Part shown: positions 9,359-19,437 of the stretch, piece after piece
Layout: each line of letters opens with the position of its first letter
Numbering within the stretch: the first letter of the stretch is position 1
Source of the DNA: a virus
DNA length: 64,000 nucleotides
Strand: one strand, 5' to 3'
Virus record (IMG/VR): IMGVR_UViG_3300045120_000483
Coordinates: 40,882 to 104,881 of that record
Translations under genes and position numbers: made by a program
Notes under the pieces: generated by a model
The model's database searches: none
Seen by the model: the letters and a program-made list of their open reading frames with translations, nothing else
What the model was told of the DNA's origin: nothing

Positions 9359-10720
9359 TCATTTGATCCCGGCAAATAACCCTTTCAGGACTTCCTTCCC
9401 GGCATCCATTACCGGGACACTATCCTTTTCGGGTTTAATGTCGGCAGAAACATCAAAAAGTCGCATCTTATCCAGGTCCAAACCCAGATGAAACCTCAAA
9501 TAGTAGTCCTTACGATTGTAGCGATTCTTAATTTGTTTGATAAAAACCTGTTTCAGAGCATCAAGCTCTTCCGTTCGAACAATTGCCAGAATAATATCAG
9601 CGGCGGCGGCAAGACCAAAGGATTCAGAGATATGATGCATCTCCGGTTCAGAACTCTTAAACCCCTCCCTATTGAACTGAGTGGCAGAAACAATGGGAAC
9701 GTTAAACTCCTTGGCCAACCCCCTGATCTCTTGAGCAATGGCCTGAACATATTCATAGAGACCGACGTTACCAGAAAGTTTAATTCGGGAGGACTTGCAG
9801 ATATTTAGATAGTCGATGTAGATGATATCCGGAACAAACTTCTTCTTCAACTTCAATTCATTGAGAAGATGACGAAAATTATCGGCCCCCGCCGTTGCTT
9901 CATTGTACTCCTGAATAATCAGCTTACCGGGAGTCTTGTCCCACACCTTCTTGATCTTATTATGAAAAGCCGCCTTATCCAGCTTAACAAGATCATTCAG
10001 GGCAACATCCATCAGATTGGCATCGATACGCTCCGCAATAAGCTGTTCGGCCATCTCCATAGTAATGTAGAGGACATTAAATCCCCTGACCAAATTAGCA
10101 GCCGCCATATGACACATGAACAGCGACTTACCGAAACCAACACCCCCCATAAGAATATTAAGGGTCTTTCGAATCAGACCCCCCTTGGTAATCTTGTTCA
10201 TAATCTCTAAATCAAAGGGGATACGAACATGCTTTTCATGAAAAAATGAGTGTCGATCTTCCCAATCTTCAAAATAGTCATGACCAATATGAGAATCAAA
10301 AGAAACAGCTAGAGCATCCGACAAGATTTGGGGGATAGCTCCCCGCCCCAGCGTGTTACCCTTTTTGTTCTCCATAATCGACATGGCCTTGTACAGACCA
10401 TTCTCAATCGCCTTATCCTGACAGAACTTCTCTGAGGCATTGACCAACCAATCCAACTCAAGCTTCTTACCGTCATAGGTGTCAACAATAACCTGACAAC
10501 CCTTGGCGGTTTCTTCCGTCAGGTCCCGTCGATTATCAATTTCAATCTTGACGGCCTGAAGCTCCGGAGACTTATTATACTTATTGACATAATCCCGGAT
10601 GACCTCAAAGGCTATCCGTTCGGAACGATCATGAAAATATTCCGGTTGAATATGAGGAAGAACTTTTCGGGAGAAATCTTCATTCGAAATCAGATTGTGA
10701 AGTATAGTTTGTTCGATCAA
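9359..10720 (-). CDS. 41: replicative DNA helicase gp41
   Basis: GGVGFGKS Walker A, YITMEMAE, IYIDYLNI, SATQFNR, SESFGL, KNRY. Confidence 0.97.
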   Translation of the reverse strand: MIEQTILHNLISNEDFSRKVLPHIQPEYFHDRSERIAFEVIRDYVNKYNKSPELQAVKIEIDNRRDLTEETAKGCQVIVDTYDGKKLELDWLVNASEKFCQDKAIENGLYKAMSIMENKKGNTLGRGAIPQILSDALAVSFDSHIGHDYFEDWEDRHSFFHEKHVRIPFDLEIMNKITKGGLIRKTLNILMGGVGFGKSLFMCHMAAANLVRGFNVLYITMEMAEQLIAERIDANLMDVALNDLVKLDKAAFHNKIKKVWDKTPGKLIIQEYNEATAGADNFRHLLNELKLKKKFVPDIIYIDYLNICKSSRIKLSGNVGLYEYVQAIAQEIRGLAKEFNVPIVSATQFNREGFKSSEPEMHHISESFGLAAAADIILAIVRTEELDALKQVFIKQIKNRYNRKDYYLRFHLGLDLDKMRLFDVSADIKPEKDSVPVMDAGKEVLKGLFAGIK

Positions 10721-11226
10721 TTTTGGGGAATTTCCTCTCTAGAAAGAACATAAACAACCGGTTCGGCATGAAACATCGACTCCTGAATGATCTCTGAAAT
10801 GATCTTCCAATCGCCGCCCCCTAGACCGGCCCCGATCTTTGGCATTGCCACGGCCGTAAAAGCGGGACCTCCAAAGTTTCCATCATAACAGAACGTGTTC
10901 AAACGCCTCATACATTCCCGAATGGCATTGTAATCAACATACTGTTTGTTTTGACGACCATAGAATTCTTGTGTGATGCAGTTCGCAATTGCCTTACCGC
11001 CCGAATAAGCAAAGATGATATCCCCCGGAACGAAAGGAGTTGTATCTTTAAATTCCATTATTTTTTGGGCGTAAGTTCTATAGGCAGATGGAAAAGCTTG
11101 TTTGATAGCTAAGGCGACTCCGGCCCCCATCACACCTTGAGCATTACAGCCATGAGCTATTATCGGCTCCGGAGCTTTTGTCAAATTCCCCACAACATAT
11201 CGAATATTTGTCATACACTTCTCCAA
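10717..11226 (-). CDS. macrodomain ADP-ribose hydrolase (Tk.4/Poa1-like)
   Basis: IAHGCNAQGVMGAGVA; MPKIGAGLGGGDW. Confidence 0.9.
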   Translation of the reverse strand: MEKCMTNIRYVVGNLTKAPEPIIAHGCNAQGVMGAGVALAIKQAFPSAYRTYAQKIMEFKDTTPFVPGDIIFAYSGGKAIANCITQEFYGRQNKQYVDYNAIRECMRRLNTFCYDGNFGGPAFTAVAMPKIGAGLGGGDWKIISEIIQESMFHAEPVVYVLSREEIPQN

Positions 11227-11241
11227 AACGACAAGTGTAGA

Positions 11242-12264
11242 TCACTCTACTGGGGTTGTCAAGTTTCCCTCCAAACAATATTTCTTCCGAATATGTTCCT
11301 TGAATTTCTCATTTTTGATTAGAACCTCCCAAAAGGAATCATCCTCTTCCAGAGTCTTGCGTTGAGACTTCTTCTCCATTCCTTCACATTGATACCAAGC
11401 CCCCGATTGAGTAATCAGCCCGGACTCTACCCCCTCTTCCAACAAACCCGACCACTTGAAGATGCCAGATTCAAATGAAACTGTAATCGGAATTTTGCTC
11501 TTTTCGCGAACCGTTCGGGATTTATCGATATTAATAATAAACTCATATCCAGACAATTCCTTGCCATCCTTATCCTGTTTACGTCCAATGACCCAAATAT
11601 CATTGCCGTTGTAGTAGCCGCCCCGGCCGCCGCTCACTACTTCTTTGGAATAGGTTTCCTGGGTCTGATAAGTGTGATTGACACAAATCAGAGGAATACC
11701 CTTGAGGGTCAATGACGGCCCAATAATTCGAAACACCGATTTAATTTGTTTTGCCCGGGTCATATCAGCCGCATCATTACCCTTCAGGGCATCGTCAACC
11801 TCTTTCTTTGAGGCGATATTTCCCAGAGAATCCACAAAGATAAAGACCTCATCCCCCTTTTTCATACTCTCAAGCTGAACAGCAATATCATGCTTGAACA
11901 TTTCGATATTAGTAATCGGGGTGTGAATAACCTTATCCATATTGATCTGAAGGGAATTGAAATACCCCTCCGGAGAACCAAACTCCGAATCATAAAACAA
12001 GCAGACCCCTTCGGGATACTTCCGTTGAAACGACTGTAGCATCAAAAGAGCAAAAATCGTTTTGAAATGTTTTGGGGGGCCCGCAATAATGGTCACCCCC
12101 GGTAGCAACCCGCCATCAAGTTCTCCACACAAGGCGACGTTGACCATGGGGACGACCGTTGATATTCGTTCCCGATCAGCAAAGACCGTTGATTCCGATA
12201 GAACGGAGGTCAGTTCGATAGTGGATGCTTTTAAAATACGATCCCGCAGGGTTGTATTAATCAT
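11242..12264 (-). CDS. uvsX: RecA-like recombinase UvsX
   Basis: AGPPKHFKT, YDSEFG, DSLGNIASKKE, ADMTRAKQIKS. Confidence 0.97.
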   Translation of the reverse strand: MINTTLRDRILKASTIELTSVLSESTVFADRERISTVVPMVNVALCGELDGGLLPGVTIIAGPPKHFKTIFALLMLQSFQRKYPEGVCLFYDSEFGSPEGYFNSLQINMDKVIHTPITNIEMFKHDIAVQLESMKKGDEVFIFVDSLGNIASKKEVDDALKGNDAADMTRAKQIKSVFRIIGPSLTLKGIPLICVNHTYQTQETYSKEVVSGGRGGYYNGNDIWVIGRKQDKDGKELSGYEFIINIDKSRTVREKSKIPITVSFESGIFKWSGLLEEGVESGLITQSGAWYQCEGMEKKSQRKTLEEDDSFWEVLIKNEKFKEHIRKKYCLEGNLTTPVE

Positions 12265-12463
12265 GATTTTTTTCCTTGTATATCTCTATGTCTGTTTGTG
12301 TTTTTTTGAGTTGAATGAAAAGTAAACTTTCTAGCTGTTGAAGGGTCACCTTCAGGGCTTCCGACCCTTTACATTCGGAATATAATGATTGCCAAAGTTG
12401 ACTTTGTAAGTCCAGAGCCGTTTGAAGCCGTTTTTCTTTCTTTACCAAAATATCATATATCAC
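12257..12463 (-). CDS. hypothetical protein
   Basis: short helical ORF between 43 and uvsX; AGGAG RBS. Confidence 0.5.
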   Translation of the reverse strand: MIYDILVKKEKRLQTALDLQSQLWQSLYSECKGSEALKVTLQQLESLLFIQLKKTQTDIEIYKEKNHD

Positions 12464-12532
12464 AGTATGACTACTCCTGTTAGGACTCCTGTTAAAATGA
12501 ATACAACTGCTATCATTAGCAGTAATTTGAGA

Positions 12533-15052
12533 TTATCCAAGAGCCGCGCCCAGTGTTGCTTTCTTCTCCGTATTCCAACCAATAACGCTGGTAATTGACT
12601 GGACCGGGTTTAGAAAAGTCTTCTCCCATTGGGTCACTCTGTCTACATACTTATCGACATTGATTTGCTTGGGAAGAAAGCCCTCATCCGGGAGGGTAAG
12701 AACGTGCGACCGAAAAATGTTGGGCTCTTTCAAATAGACAAACCGTATCTTGTCCCGGGACTTGATCTTGTTGAATTTGTTTTTCAGTTCATACTTATCG
12801 ATTTGTTCGTTATAGACAATTGCCCCTCTGACATGAATGGGGCAATGCGGTTTGAACCGAAACACCGGGTCAAAATAATCCTCAATCCCGTTGACGGTCT
12901 TGGGAAGAGCAATGTCCATAACGGACAATCTCATAAACTCCAGTTTAAACTTCTTCACAAGATCGTGAAGGGCTTTTTCATCCTTGAACATAATGATATT
13001 CAGGGCTTCTTTCATATGGTCCCGACAGGCCTTGGGTTTATCGGAACGGGCAACTTCAATACCCTTATAAAGGAGCTTGGGAGGATCATACCTAACCCCC
13101 TCCTTATCCAGAACGGACATCACATACATCTTCTTGCCGCGCCAAATCGCTTTGGCCGCGATCACTTCCCTCTTCATCTTTACAACATTATTGTAGCTGT
13201 TTAGCATTCGGGCCAAATCAGCACACTGTTTATCGATAAAGGGTTCTAGCTTTTTCTTACAAAGAGCATCAATAAAATCCAATTTCTTTTCCGGAGCAAT
13301 CTCCAGGGCCTTGGTAATAGCTTCGACTTTGATATACAAGCTATCCGTATCCCCCGCGACAATAAAATCCTGTCCCTCTGTCTTCAGAACCTTATTCAGA
13401 TAGATATTGATATTTCGCATTACCCACTTGATATACAACTGACCGGTCAAAGTCACCGACTCAGCCAAATTGATATCAAACCACCGGCAATATTCATTGC
13501 TCAAAGCGCCGTACAAACCATTAGTCAAAATTTTCAATGCATTCTGATAACTATCCAATTGTCCAATTTTGTTCTTGTCGGGATTATCAGACTTTTGCAT
13601 TTCCAGCATTTCTTGTTTAACCACATCTCTATCAGAGATAAACTGATCAACGATGGCCGGGATGAAGCCCCGAATATCTCTCCGATAGACACACTTATTT
13701 GCACATAATGTGAGGTTTTTGTCTTGGAGATATTCGGTAGCTCCATCCCAATTCTCTACGTCGAACTTAGTAAACTCCGGTATTCGATTGAAACCCGCCG
13801 TCAGAAACGTTTCCGGAGAAATGTTATGCTGAGAAATAAGAGAAGGATACAGGGACCTAAAGTCAAAAGAAATCACGTCATGGGAAAGACCAATCTGGGG
13901 GTCCAGAACGAAACCCCCACTAAAGTCCCGAACAGTCTGGGGTTTGTTCTGAGGGATAACAATTCCCCGCTCCAAAAGATAATTGTGAAGGATCACGTCC
14001 CAAGGTTTCACCGTCACAAAGGCATCATTCAAATTGACCTTGGCCTTGTAAGCCATGGCAAAAATCTGTCGAAGAAACCCCAACTTCTCTTCTAATTTTT
14101 GAACCAACACCGCATCATGAATATTGTAGTCATAGTAGCGTTCGGGGTCCTTCTCATACAAGTCATTCAGACTTTCAAACTCTGAATAATCCAGCTTGCG
14201 TTCCCCTAACTCCAGAAAGGCGATGTTGTCTAGTCGATAGGAATCCCGGGAAGAAGACGTGAATTTCTTGTAAAGCTGAATATAGTCAAGCTGACTGATC
14301 CCGGCAATCTCATAGATTTTATCCGTTCGATTCTCAATATTCTTCGAAGAATTAGACGTTGATTTGCCTCTAACCACATCCTTTTCATCTACAATCCGCC
14401 AGGGACTGAGCCGTAACATGGCATCCGTCCCAAGAATTCGTTCAATTCTATTAATAAGATAGGGCATGTCAAAACGGTCGGAATACCAACCGCTTACCAC
14501 ATCACAAACCCATTCATCCGACTCCCAGACATTTAGGAAATCATTCAACATCCTCCTTTCATCCTCATAGAGGACATAGACCACCTTAGGATTCTTCGGG
14601 AGATAATATTTGGTTCCGAAGGTAATAATCTTATCCCCCCGGACTAGAGTGATGGCCGTTACCTCATCCTCCCCTTTCATGGGGTTCGGCATTCCGTTCT
14701 TGGAATCGACCTCAATATCGATAAAATTAATTCGGATCAACCGGGGGTCATAATCCACCTTTCCCGGAAAATGATCGTTGATGAAGGGGTATTTAAAGTT
14801 CGTCATTCCATAGAATGGGATGTTCGAAACCCCTTCGTAATGCTTAATAAAGTCGCGGGCGGCTCCCAGACTATCGAATTCAACCTTTTGAGCGGAGGTC
14901 CCTTCAAGGGTCTTGAATGGCCCGGGGCCCGGTAAGAAGAGGTAGGGCTTATAATCAATTGTCTCTACAATACGCTTGTCCCCAAGGTATCCGATGAGAC
15001 AGATTTTATCACGTTTCTGATAAACGTTGGTATAAAAATACTTACTTGTCAT
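12533..15052 (-). CDS. 43: family B DNA polymerase gp43
   Basis: DIEV exonuclease, SFDFRSLYPS, KILTNGLYG, AGDTDS. Confidence 0.98.
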   Translation of the reverse strand: MTSKYFYTNVYQKRDKICLIGYLGDKRIVETIDYKPYLFLPGPGPFKTLEGTSAQKVEFDSLGAARDFIKHYEGVSNIPFYGMTNFKYPFINDHFPGKVDYDPRLIRINFIDIEVDSKNGMPNPMKGEDEVTAITLVRGDKIITFGTKYYLPKNPKVVYVLYEDERRMLNDFLNVWESDEWVCDVVSGWYSDRFDMPYLINRIERILGTDAMLRLSPWRIVDEKDVVRGKSTSNSSKNIENRTDKIYEIAGISQLDYIQLYKKFTSSSRDSYRLDNIAFLELGERKLDYSEFESLNDLYEKDPERYYDYNIHDAVLVQKLEEKLGFLRQIFAMAYKAKVNLNDAFVTVKPWDVILHNYLLERGIVIPQNKPQTVRDFSGGFVLDPQIGLSHDVISFDFRSLYPSLISQHNISPETFLTAGFNRIPEFTKFDVENWDGATEYLQDKNLTLCANKCVYRRDIRGFIPAIVDQFISDRDVVKQEMLEMQKSDNPDKNKIGQLDSYQNALKILTNGLYGALSNEYCRWFDINLAESVTLTGQLYIKWVMRNINIYLNKVLKTEGQDFIVAGDTDSLYIKVEAITKALEIAPEKKLDFIDALCKKKLEPFIDKQCADLARMLNSYNNVVKMKREVIAAKAIWRGKKMYVMSVLDKEGVRYDPPKLLYKGIEVARSDKPKACRDHMKEALNIIMFKDEKALHDLVKKFKLEFMRLSVMDIALPKTVNGIEDYFDPVFRFKPHCPIHVRGAIVYNEQIDKYELKNKFNKIKSRDKIRFVYLKEPNIFRSHVLTLPDEGFLPKQINVDKYVDRVTQWEKTFLNPVQSITSVIGWNTEKKATLGAALG

Positions 15053-15059
15053 TCATTCC

Positions 15060-15088
15060 ATGATATCTGAAAACGTCTTCTCTGTCAA
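15060..15088 (-). promoter_or_regulatory. sigma70-like promoter for gp43 (near-leaderless)
   Basis: TTGACA-N17-TATCAT just upstream of ATG 15052. Confidence 0.65.
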
Positions 15089-15091
15089 GAC

Positions 15092-15313
15092 CTAATGTAA
15101 CTTTCTCTCATTAGAAGTTTCGGCGGACGATACCACAAACCGATAACCATCCGGAGAGACCATATAAACCGGTTCCAGACCCGCCTTCTTGAAAATCTCC
15201 CCCCGAATCAGGAGGTTCTTGACATTCAACTCACATGTATAAATGTCCATCTTGGACTTCAACCAATCCTCCGTAACGATATCGTAAGTCGTAAAAACTT
15301 CGTAGGGTATCAT
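15092..15313 (-). CDS. hypothetical protein
   Basis: GAGGGAG RBS before ATG 15313. Confidence 0.55.
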   Translation of the reverse strand: MIPYEVFTTYDIVTEDWLKSKMDIYTCELNVKNLLIRGEIFKKAGLEPVYMVSPDGYRFVVSSAETSNERKLH

Positions 15314-15336
15314 TGCTACTCCCTCATTCTCACTTC

Positions 15337-15354
15337 TGTATTTAGCTAAATACA
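15337..15354. promoter_or_regulatory. palindromic divergent late promoter
   Basis: perfect 18-bp palindrome TGTATTTAGCTAAATACA giving GCTAAATA on both strands. Confidence 0.6.
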
Positions 15355-15357
15355 TGT

Positions 15358-15726
15358 ATGTTCGGTCTAAGCATCGGTACCAAGCTCATCATCATCTTAG
15401 GTCTTGTCCTTTCCCTTCTGGGAGCGGCGGGAGGAGGCTATCTGTTCATTCAGCATCAGGCCGCCCAAACTCAACTCTTGAAAGACCAAAAAGCTCAATT
15501 GGAACAAATCGTTGCCCAACAAAACAAAGTCATCGAACAAAATAATGCCATCATGGAACTGGGGGACGCCTCCACCAAGAAATTCTCCGAAGTCATTGAT
15601 ACTCTTAGCTTAAATCATGAAGCCCTGAAGGAATTTCTATCCTCCCCCGAAGCCAACAAAATGGATAGAGGGTCATCCGACCTACTTAAGAAAACCATAG
15701 AAGAATTATCTAAAAAGGGAAAATAA
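15358..15726 (+). CDS. i-spanin (Rz-like)
   Basis: N-terminal TM plus coiled coil; coupled to lipoprotein gene. Confidence 0.75.
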   Translation: MFGLSIGTKLIIILGLVLSLLGAAGGGYLFIQHQAAQTQLLKDQKAQLEQIVAQQNKVIEQNNAIMELGDASTKKFSEVIDTLSLNHEALKEFLSSPEANKMDRGSSDLLKKTIEELSKKGK

Positions 15727-16031
15727 TGAGAAAAACTATTCTAGCATCTATTTTGGGAACTTCCCTGCTACTTGCCGGTTGTAACGAAAATGACATGGTT
15801 CAACTTCAGACCCAATACAAGGTCGTAATCGCCCCCAACTCCTTGTATAATTGTCCTCAGGTCACTAAATGGCCAAAGGTAAAGACCCTGACAGACTTGC
15901 AGGTCGCCCGGGTCATGGTGCAATTGGCCGAAAGCAATAAGATTTGCGCGGCTAGCCTAAATGCCGTCAAGCAGTTCTATGCTGATGCCAAGGTTCGAAT
16001 TGAGGGTTCCAACCCTACTAAACGAAAGTAG
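15726..16031 (+). CDS. o-spanin lipoprotein (Rz1-like)
   Basis: LLAGC lipobox; P..LYNCP motif and second Cys. Confidence 0.75.
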   Translation: MRKTILASILGTSLLLAGCNENDMVQLQTQYKVVIAPNSLYNCPQVTKWPKVKTLTDLQVARVMVQLAESNKICAASLNAVKQFYADAKVRIEGSNPTKRK

Positions 16032-16277
16032 CCTCTTCGATGAGGGGTTTGTCTGCTAGCTGCATTCCCCGTAGGGACTTCAGAAAGTCGATCACTTCCT
16101 TCATGGAGGTAAAGAGCTTGGACTGATTAATCAGTTGCTTTTGCTCATTTCGATATTGATACGATACCTGAATCATCCAAATCCCCTATTTCTCTCTCAT
16201 TTAATGCTAAAATTGTACAGCATCTTCAATGAGTTGTCAAGGGGATTAATTTAACACAAATTCTACCAAAAATGGCA

Positions 16278-16306
16278 TTGACATCCTCCCAGAAATGAAC
16301 TATTAT
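16278..16306 (+). promoter_or_regulatory. sigma70-like promoter
   Basis: TTGACA-N17-TATTAT. Confidence 0.65.
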
Positions 16307-16357
16307 TTGCAATACTGAGGGCGACCGCCTTTCAGAGACAACAACCAGGGAGATATC

Positions 16358-16744
16358 ATGACTACATCAAGATTGGCCAAAAAGGCCGGAATTTCCGTGC
16401 AGAACGGAGAGGTTATCAAGCTGAACGTGATCACCACCGGACGCGATAAAGGGGGTGTTCCCATGCAACTTTCCGAAGTGGCGGGAGAAACGACCACTTG
16501 TTTCTACACCTTCACGCATCTTCCCAAGCCAATGAATAAGCTGGATGCCGCGAAGTACCTTCTGACCCTGCGGGAATATCAGGACCCCGCTACCGTTGCG
16601 TACCTACAGGCTGAAATTGCCAAACGGTCCAAGACGGAAATTACGATAAGAGTGGCGACCGACCCGGATACTACTTCTTCCGGTATTGATGCCATCAAGC
16701 AAGCCGTCAAGCAAGTTGTGAGAGAAGCCGCCCGAAAGGATTAA
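16358..16744 (+). CDS. hypothetical protein
   Basis: GGAG RBS, promoter and downstream hairpin. Confidence 0.7.
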   Translation: MTTSRLAKKAGISVQNGEVIKLNVITTGRDKGGVPMQLSEVAGETTTCFYTFTHLPKPMNKLDAAKYLLTLREYQDPATVAYLQAEIAKRSKTEITIRVATDPDTTSSGIDAIKQAVKQVVREAARKD

Positions 16745-16781
16745 TCCTTATGGCAAATTTGCCCTTCGGGAGCCAAAATGT

Positions 16782-16805
16782 AAGGGGGTCTAATCGGCCC
16801 CCTTC
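16782..16805. terminator. bidirectional hairpin between convergent genes
   Basis: AAGGGGGTC/GGCCCCCTT stem. Confidence 0.55.
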
Positions 16806-16816
16806 ATCATTCATTT

Positions 16817-17242
16817 TTACTTCTTTCCGCCAATGTTATATTTCGCTACAAGAGTATATTCCGACTTTTGGCTGTAGGGGAGAACCTTAATTTGATTGAG
16901 GGGAAGCTTATCCTTCACAAGCTCCGGATTGATAATCTTCAAAAGCCCCCAATCCTCCAGAAGAGAAACAACCAGATTGCGGCGTAACCGGTCCTCTTCG
17001 GAAAAATTGGTAGGCTTTCCATCAATACCAAACAATTCCTTAAAGTGCAGAATAGCATACTTCCCCTTCTTATGAAGGATATGACAGGACTGACATAGGG
17101 TCTTACTCTGAGTGGAGGGAATACCTACTCTTGTCAATGTTTCTCTGATTTTGAGAAAGGCGTCTCTTAGTTGGTCTTCAGCGGCGGCGTTTTGTGGTAG
17201 GGAAACCGGTACCCCATATCCCCGAAAAGTATCATTTTCCAT
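16817..17242 (-). CDS. regA: translational repressor RegA
   Basis: FLKIRETLTRVGI, QSCHILHKKGKYAILHFKELF, AKYNIG. Confidence 0.96.
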   Translation of the reverse strand: MENDTFRGYGVPVSLPQNAAAEDQLRDAFLKIRETLTRVGIPSTQSKTLCQSCHILHKKGKYAILHFKELFGIDGKPTNFSEEDRLRRNLVVSLLEDWGLLKIINPELVKDKLPLNQIKVLPYSQKSEYTLVAKYNIGGKK

Positions 17243-17264
17243 GATGTATTTCCTTTTATTGTTT

Positions 17265-17654
17265 TTATCCGCCCAACTCCATTGAGGTCTTGATTTGGGC
17301 CAGATCGTTCTTACTCAGTATATTTAGATACTCTTCGGCCTTCTTTCGGTTGACCTGATAATAAGTCATAAGCATTTCAGCCTGTTCAGTTTTTGGCTTC
17401 TTGGGCCATTTGGGATAGCCCCTCTTCATCCTTCGAATGGAATGCCAAAAGTAATCATATTCTTGCTTACCCGGGAGGGGAGCATAGAGGTTCATTTCAT
17501 TGGCGTAGAAGATAGCATCTAGATGCTGGGATAGCCCCCGTCTAGTCAGGAAGGCCATTTTCTCATAATCGGCGGCGTCCTGAGGGGTTTGAACCAGATG
17601 CTCTTTCTTATCGAAAATGGAGTTCAGGAACCGAAAGGGTTTATCATCTGTCAT
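17265..17654 (-). CDS. 62: clamp loader small subunit gp62
   Basis: RGLSQHLDAIFYANEMN; synteny. Confidence 0.9.
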   Translation of the reverse strand: MTDDKPFRFLNSIFDKKEHLVQTPQDAADYEKMAFLTRRGLSQHLDAIFYANEMNLYAPLPGKQEYDYFWHSIRRMKRGYPKWPKKPKTEQAEMLMTYYQVNRKKAEEYLNILSKNDLAQIKTSMELGG

Positions 17655-17938
17655 GAGGGGGGGTGCTTGGTCTGAACTATTGCATCATAGACGGCATCTC
17701 TCATTTCATGAGAAAGTCCGAAATCCCATACTTCTTTAGATACTAGAGCAAATCGGTTTATCTCTAGATAATAAAAATCCCTACCATCCAGAGCATCACT
17801 ACCCGGATTGGTGACATCCAGTTTAGTTACACCTATGATATCTGACCAATTTATAGGTCCGGGCCCTCTTCCAACATAATCGTATGGGGCCCTTACAATA
17901 TATCCCGGTACAAGATATTGTGAAACATGATCTGTCAT
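17651..17938 (-). CDS. hypothetical protein
   Basis: ORF inserted between 44 and 62. Confidence 0.55.
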   Translation of the reverse strand: MTDHVSQYLVPGYIVRAPYDYVGRGPGPINWSDIIGVTKLDVTNPGSDALDGRDFYYLEINRFALVSKEVWDFGLSHEMRDAVYDAIVQTKHPPS

Positions 17939-18127
17939 TTAACCCTCTTTCACAATCTCTCTCTTTTCAAGATCAACAACATGCCACCAGCGTTCTCTCC
18001 GGGAGAATTTCTTTACTATAATAGGATCAAGCATCGCTTCTTCAAGACTATCATAATCTTGATGGAGGTTATCCCATCCTCCCATACTTGATTCATAGAC
18101 ACCCACAAAAAGCAAATATCTCTTCAT
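17939..18127 (-). CDS. hypothetical protein
   Basis: GGAGG RBS; MKRYLLF..GGW..WWHVVDL motif. Confidence 0.6.
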   Translation of the reverse strand: MKRYLLFVGVYESSMGGWDNLHQDYDSLEEAMLDPIIVKKFSRRERWWHVVDLEKREIVKEG

Positions 18128-18129
18128 TT

Positions 18130-19065
18130 CTACCTCCATGAGGATTGTATCATTATTTCGACTAGACAAGATGCAAGATTGATCTCTTGATCGACCACAA
18201 AAACCGCCATGTGTTGGTATTTAGCCAGAATTGTCACAAGCTCTGCCACAAAAGACGGGGCGAAATGCTCCGCAGCCGTATCATAGAACTCCCGAAAGAT
18301 TGTTTGAGCATCATTCTGAACATTCTCTCCGACCCATTTCCGGACATTAGTGAAATCCTTATCCTTGAGGAAAGGAATAAGGGCGGTAATACTAGCTCCC
18401 TTCAGATTATTCAGAATGCCGCTGTCAATAGTCCCCGACATAGAATACTTCTGAAGTTCATTCAGGATACGTCGAAAATCAGGAAAGTGTTTATTGATAA
18501 CCCCAATTACCGCTTCCTTTTGGAAGGGAATATTCTCCAGAGTAAGGATTTCACAAACCCGCTTGAAAAAACGGGCGGCGATCTTTGGGCGATCCACTTT
18601 ACGATTGGTAAACTCAACGACAGAACATCGACTCTGAAGGGGAAGAATGATCTTGTTCTGAAAATTAGCTGTTAGGATGAAACCACAATTCTTGGCATAC
18701 CGCTCCATGAAGTTTCGAAGAGCACCTTGAGCCACATACGTAATGGAATCGGCCTCATCCAAGATGACGTATTTTCGTTTTCCTTTAAAAGAAACAGAAG
18801 AGGCAAACTGAGTGATTTGATTTCGGATGGTGTCAATATTGCCATCCAGACCACACGGCACAAAGATGTAATCACAATCCAGTTCCTCCAGAAGGGCTCT
18901 GGCGACTGTGGTCTTCCCCAATCCCGGAGGCCCCACTAAAAGCAGATTGGGGATATTTCCCTGAACAACCATCTGCTTGAAAATCTGGGTAAGGTCTACC
19001 GGTAGAATACACTCTTCAATTGTATGTGGTCTGTATTTTTCCGGCCAGACGAACTGTTCTCTCAT
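18130..19065 (-). CDS. 44: clamp loader large subunit gp44
   Basis: WPEKYRP, GPPGLGKT, ILDEAD, LQSRC, FPDFRR. Confidence 0.97.
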   Translation of the reverse strand: MREQFVWPEKYRPHTIEECILPVDLTQIFKQMVVQGNIPNLLLVGPPGLGKTTVARALLEELDCDYIFVPCGLDGNIDTIRNQITQFASSVSFKGKRKYVILDEADSITYVAQGALRNFMERYAKNCGFILTANFQNKIILPLQSRCSVVEFTNRKVDRPKIAARFFKRVCEILTLENIPFQKEAVIGVINKHFPDFRRILNELQKYSMSGTIDSGILNNLKGASITALIPFLKDKDFTNVRKWVGENVQNDAQTIFREFYDTAAEHFAPSFVAELVTILAKYQHMAVFVVDQEINLASCLVEIMIQSSWR

Positions 19066-19071
19066 AATCTA

Positions 19072-19263
19072 TCACTTTCCTATATCACCAACTTCTAGAT
19101 ATACTCCCGAAGCCTTAACATCAATCGGAAGAATAAAATCTACATGAGGACTAATACCAAAATCAGATACTATATTAGCACAAGGCCCGACCACCCTAAC
19201 ATCAATAATTTGTAGGCTGTGTTTATCGATTGTCAAACTCAAATACTGTTTACTCATTATCAA
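19072..19263 (-). CDS. hypothetical protein
   Basis: short ORF in operon. Confidence 0.4.
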   Translation of the reverse strand: MIMSKQYLSLTIDKHSLQIIDVRVVGPCANIVSDFGISPHVDFILPIDVKASGVYLEVGDIGK

Positions 19264-19437
19264 TCTCCAAGGGTAACAATTCCATTTACCAATTCAACAG
19301 ATTTCAAAATCTTTAAATTTGACGAATATCCCATATTTGGATGGGTATTGGAAACAGGTAAATCAGATAGAAGACGAACAGACGAAAAACCACCACAAGT
19401 ATTACTAATCCTAGGAATCGTAAATTCCAAATATTGT

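Noticed and set aside
12629-14095. Antisense ORFs within gp43 and other core genes
   Set aside because: Shadow frames without RBS or recognisable motifs
12533-15052. Intein, intron or split in gp43 (also checked gp41, gp46, UvsW)
   Set aside because: Lengths and motif spacing are normal and uninterrupted
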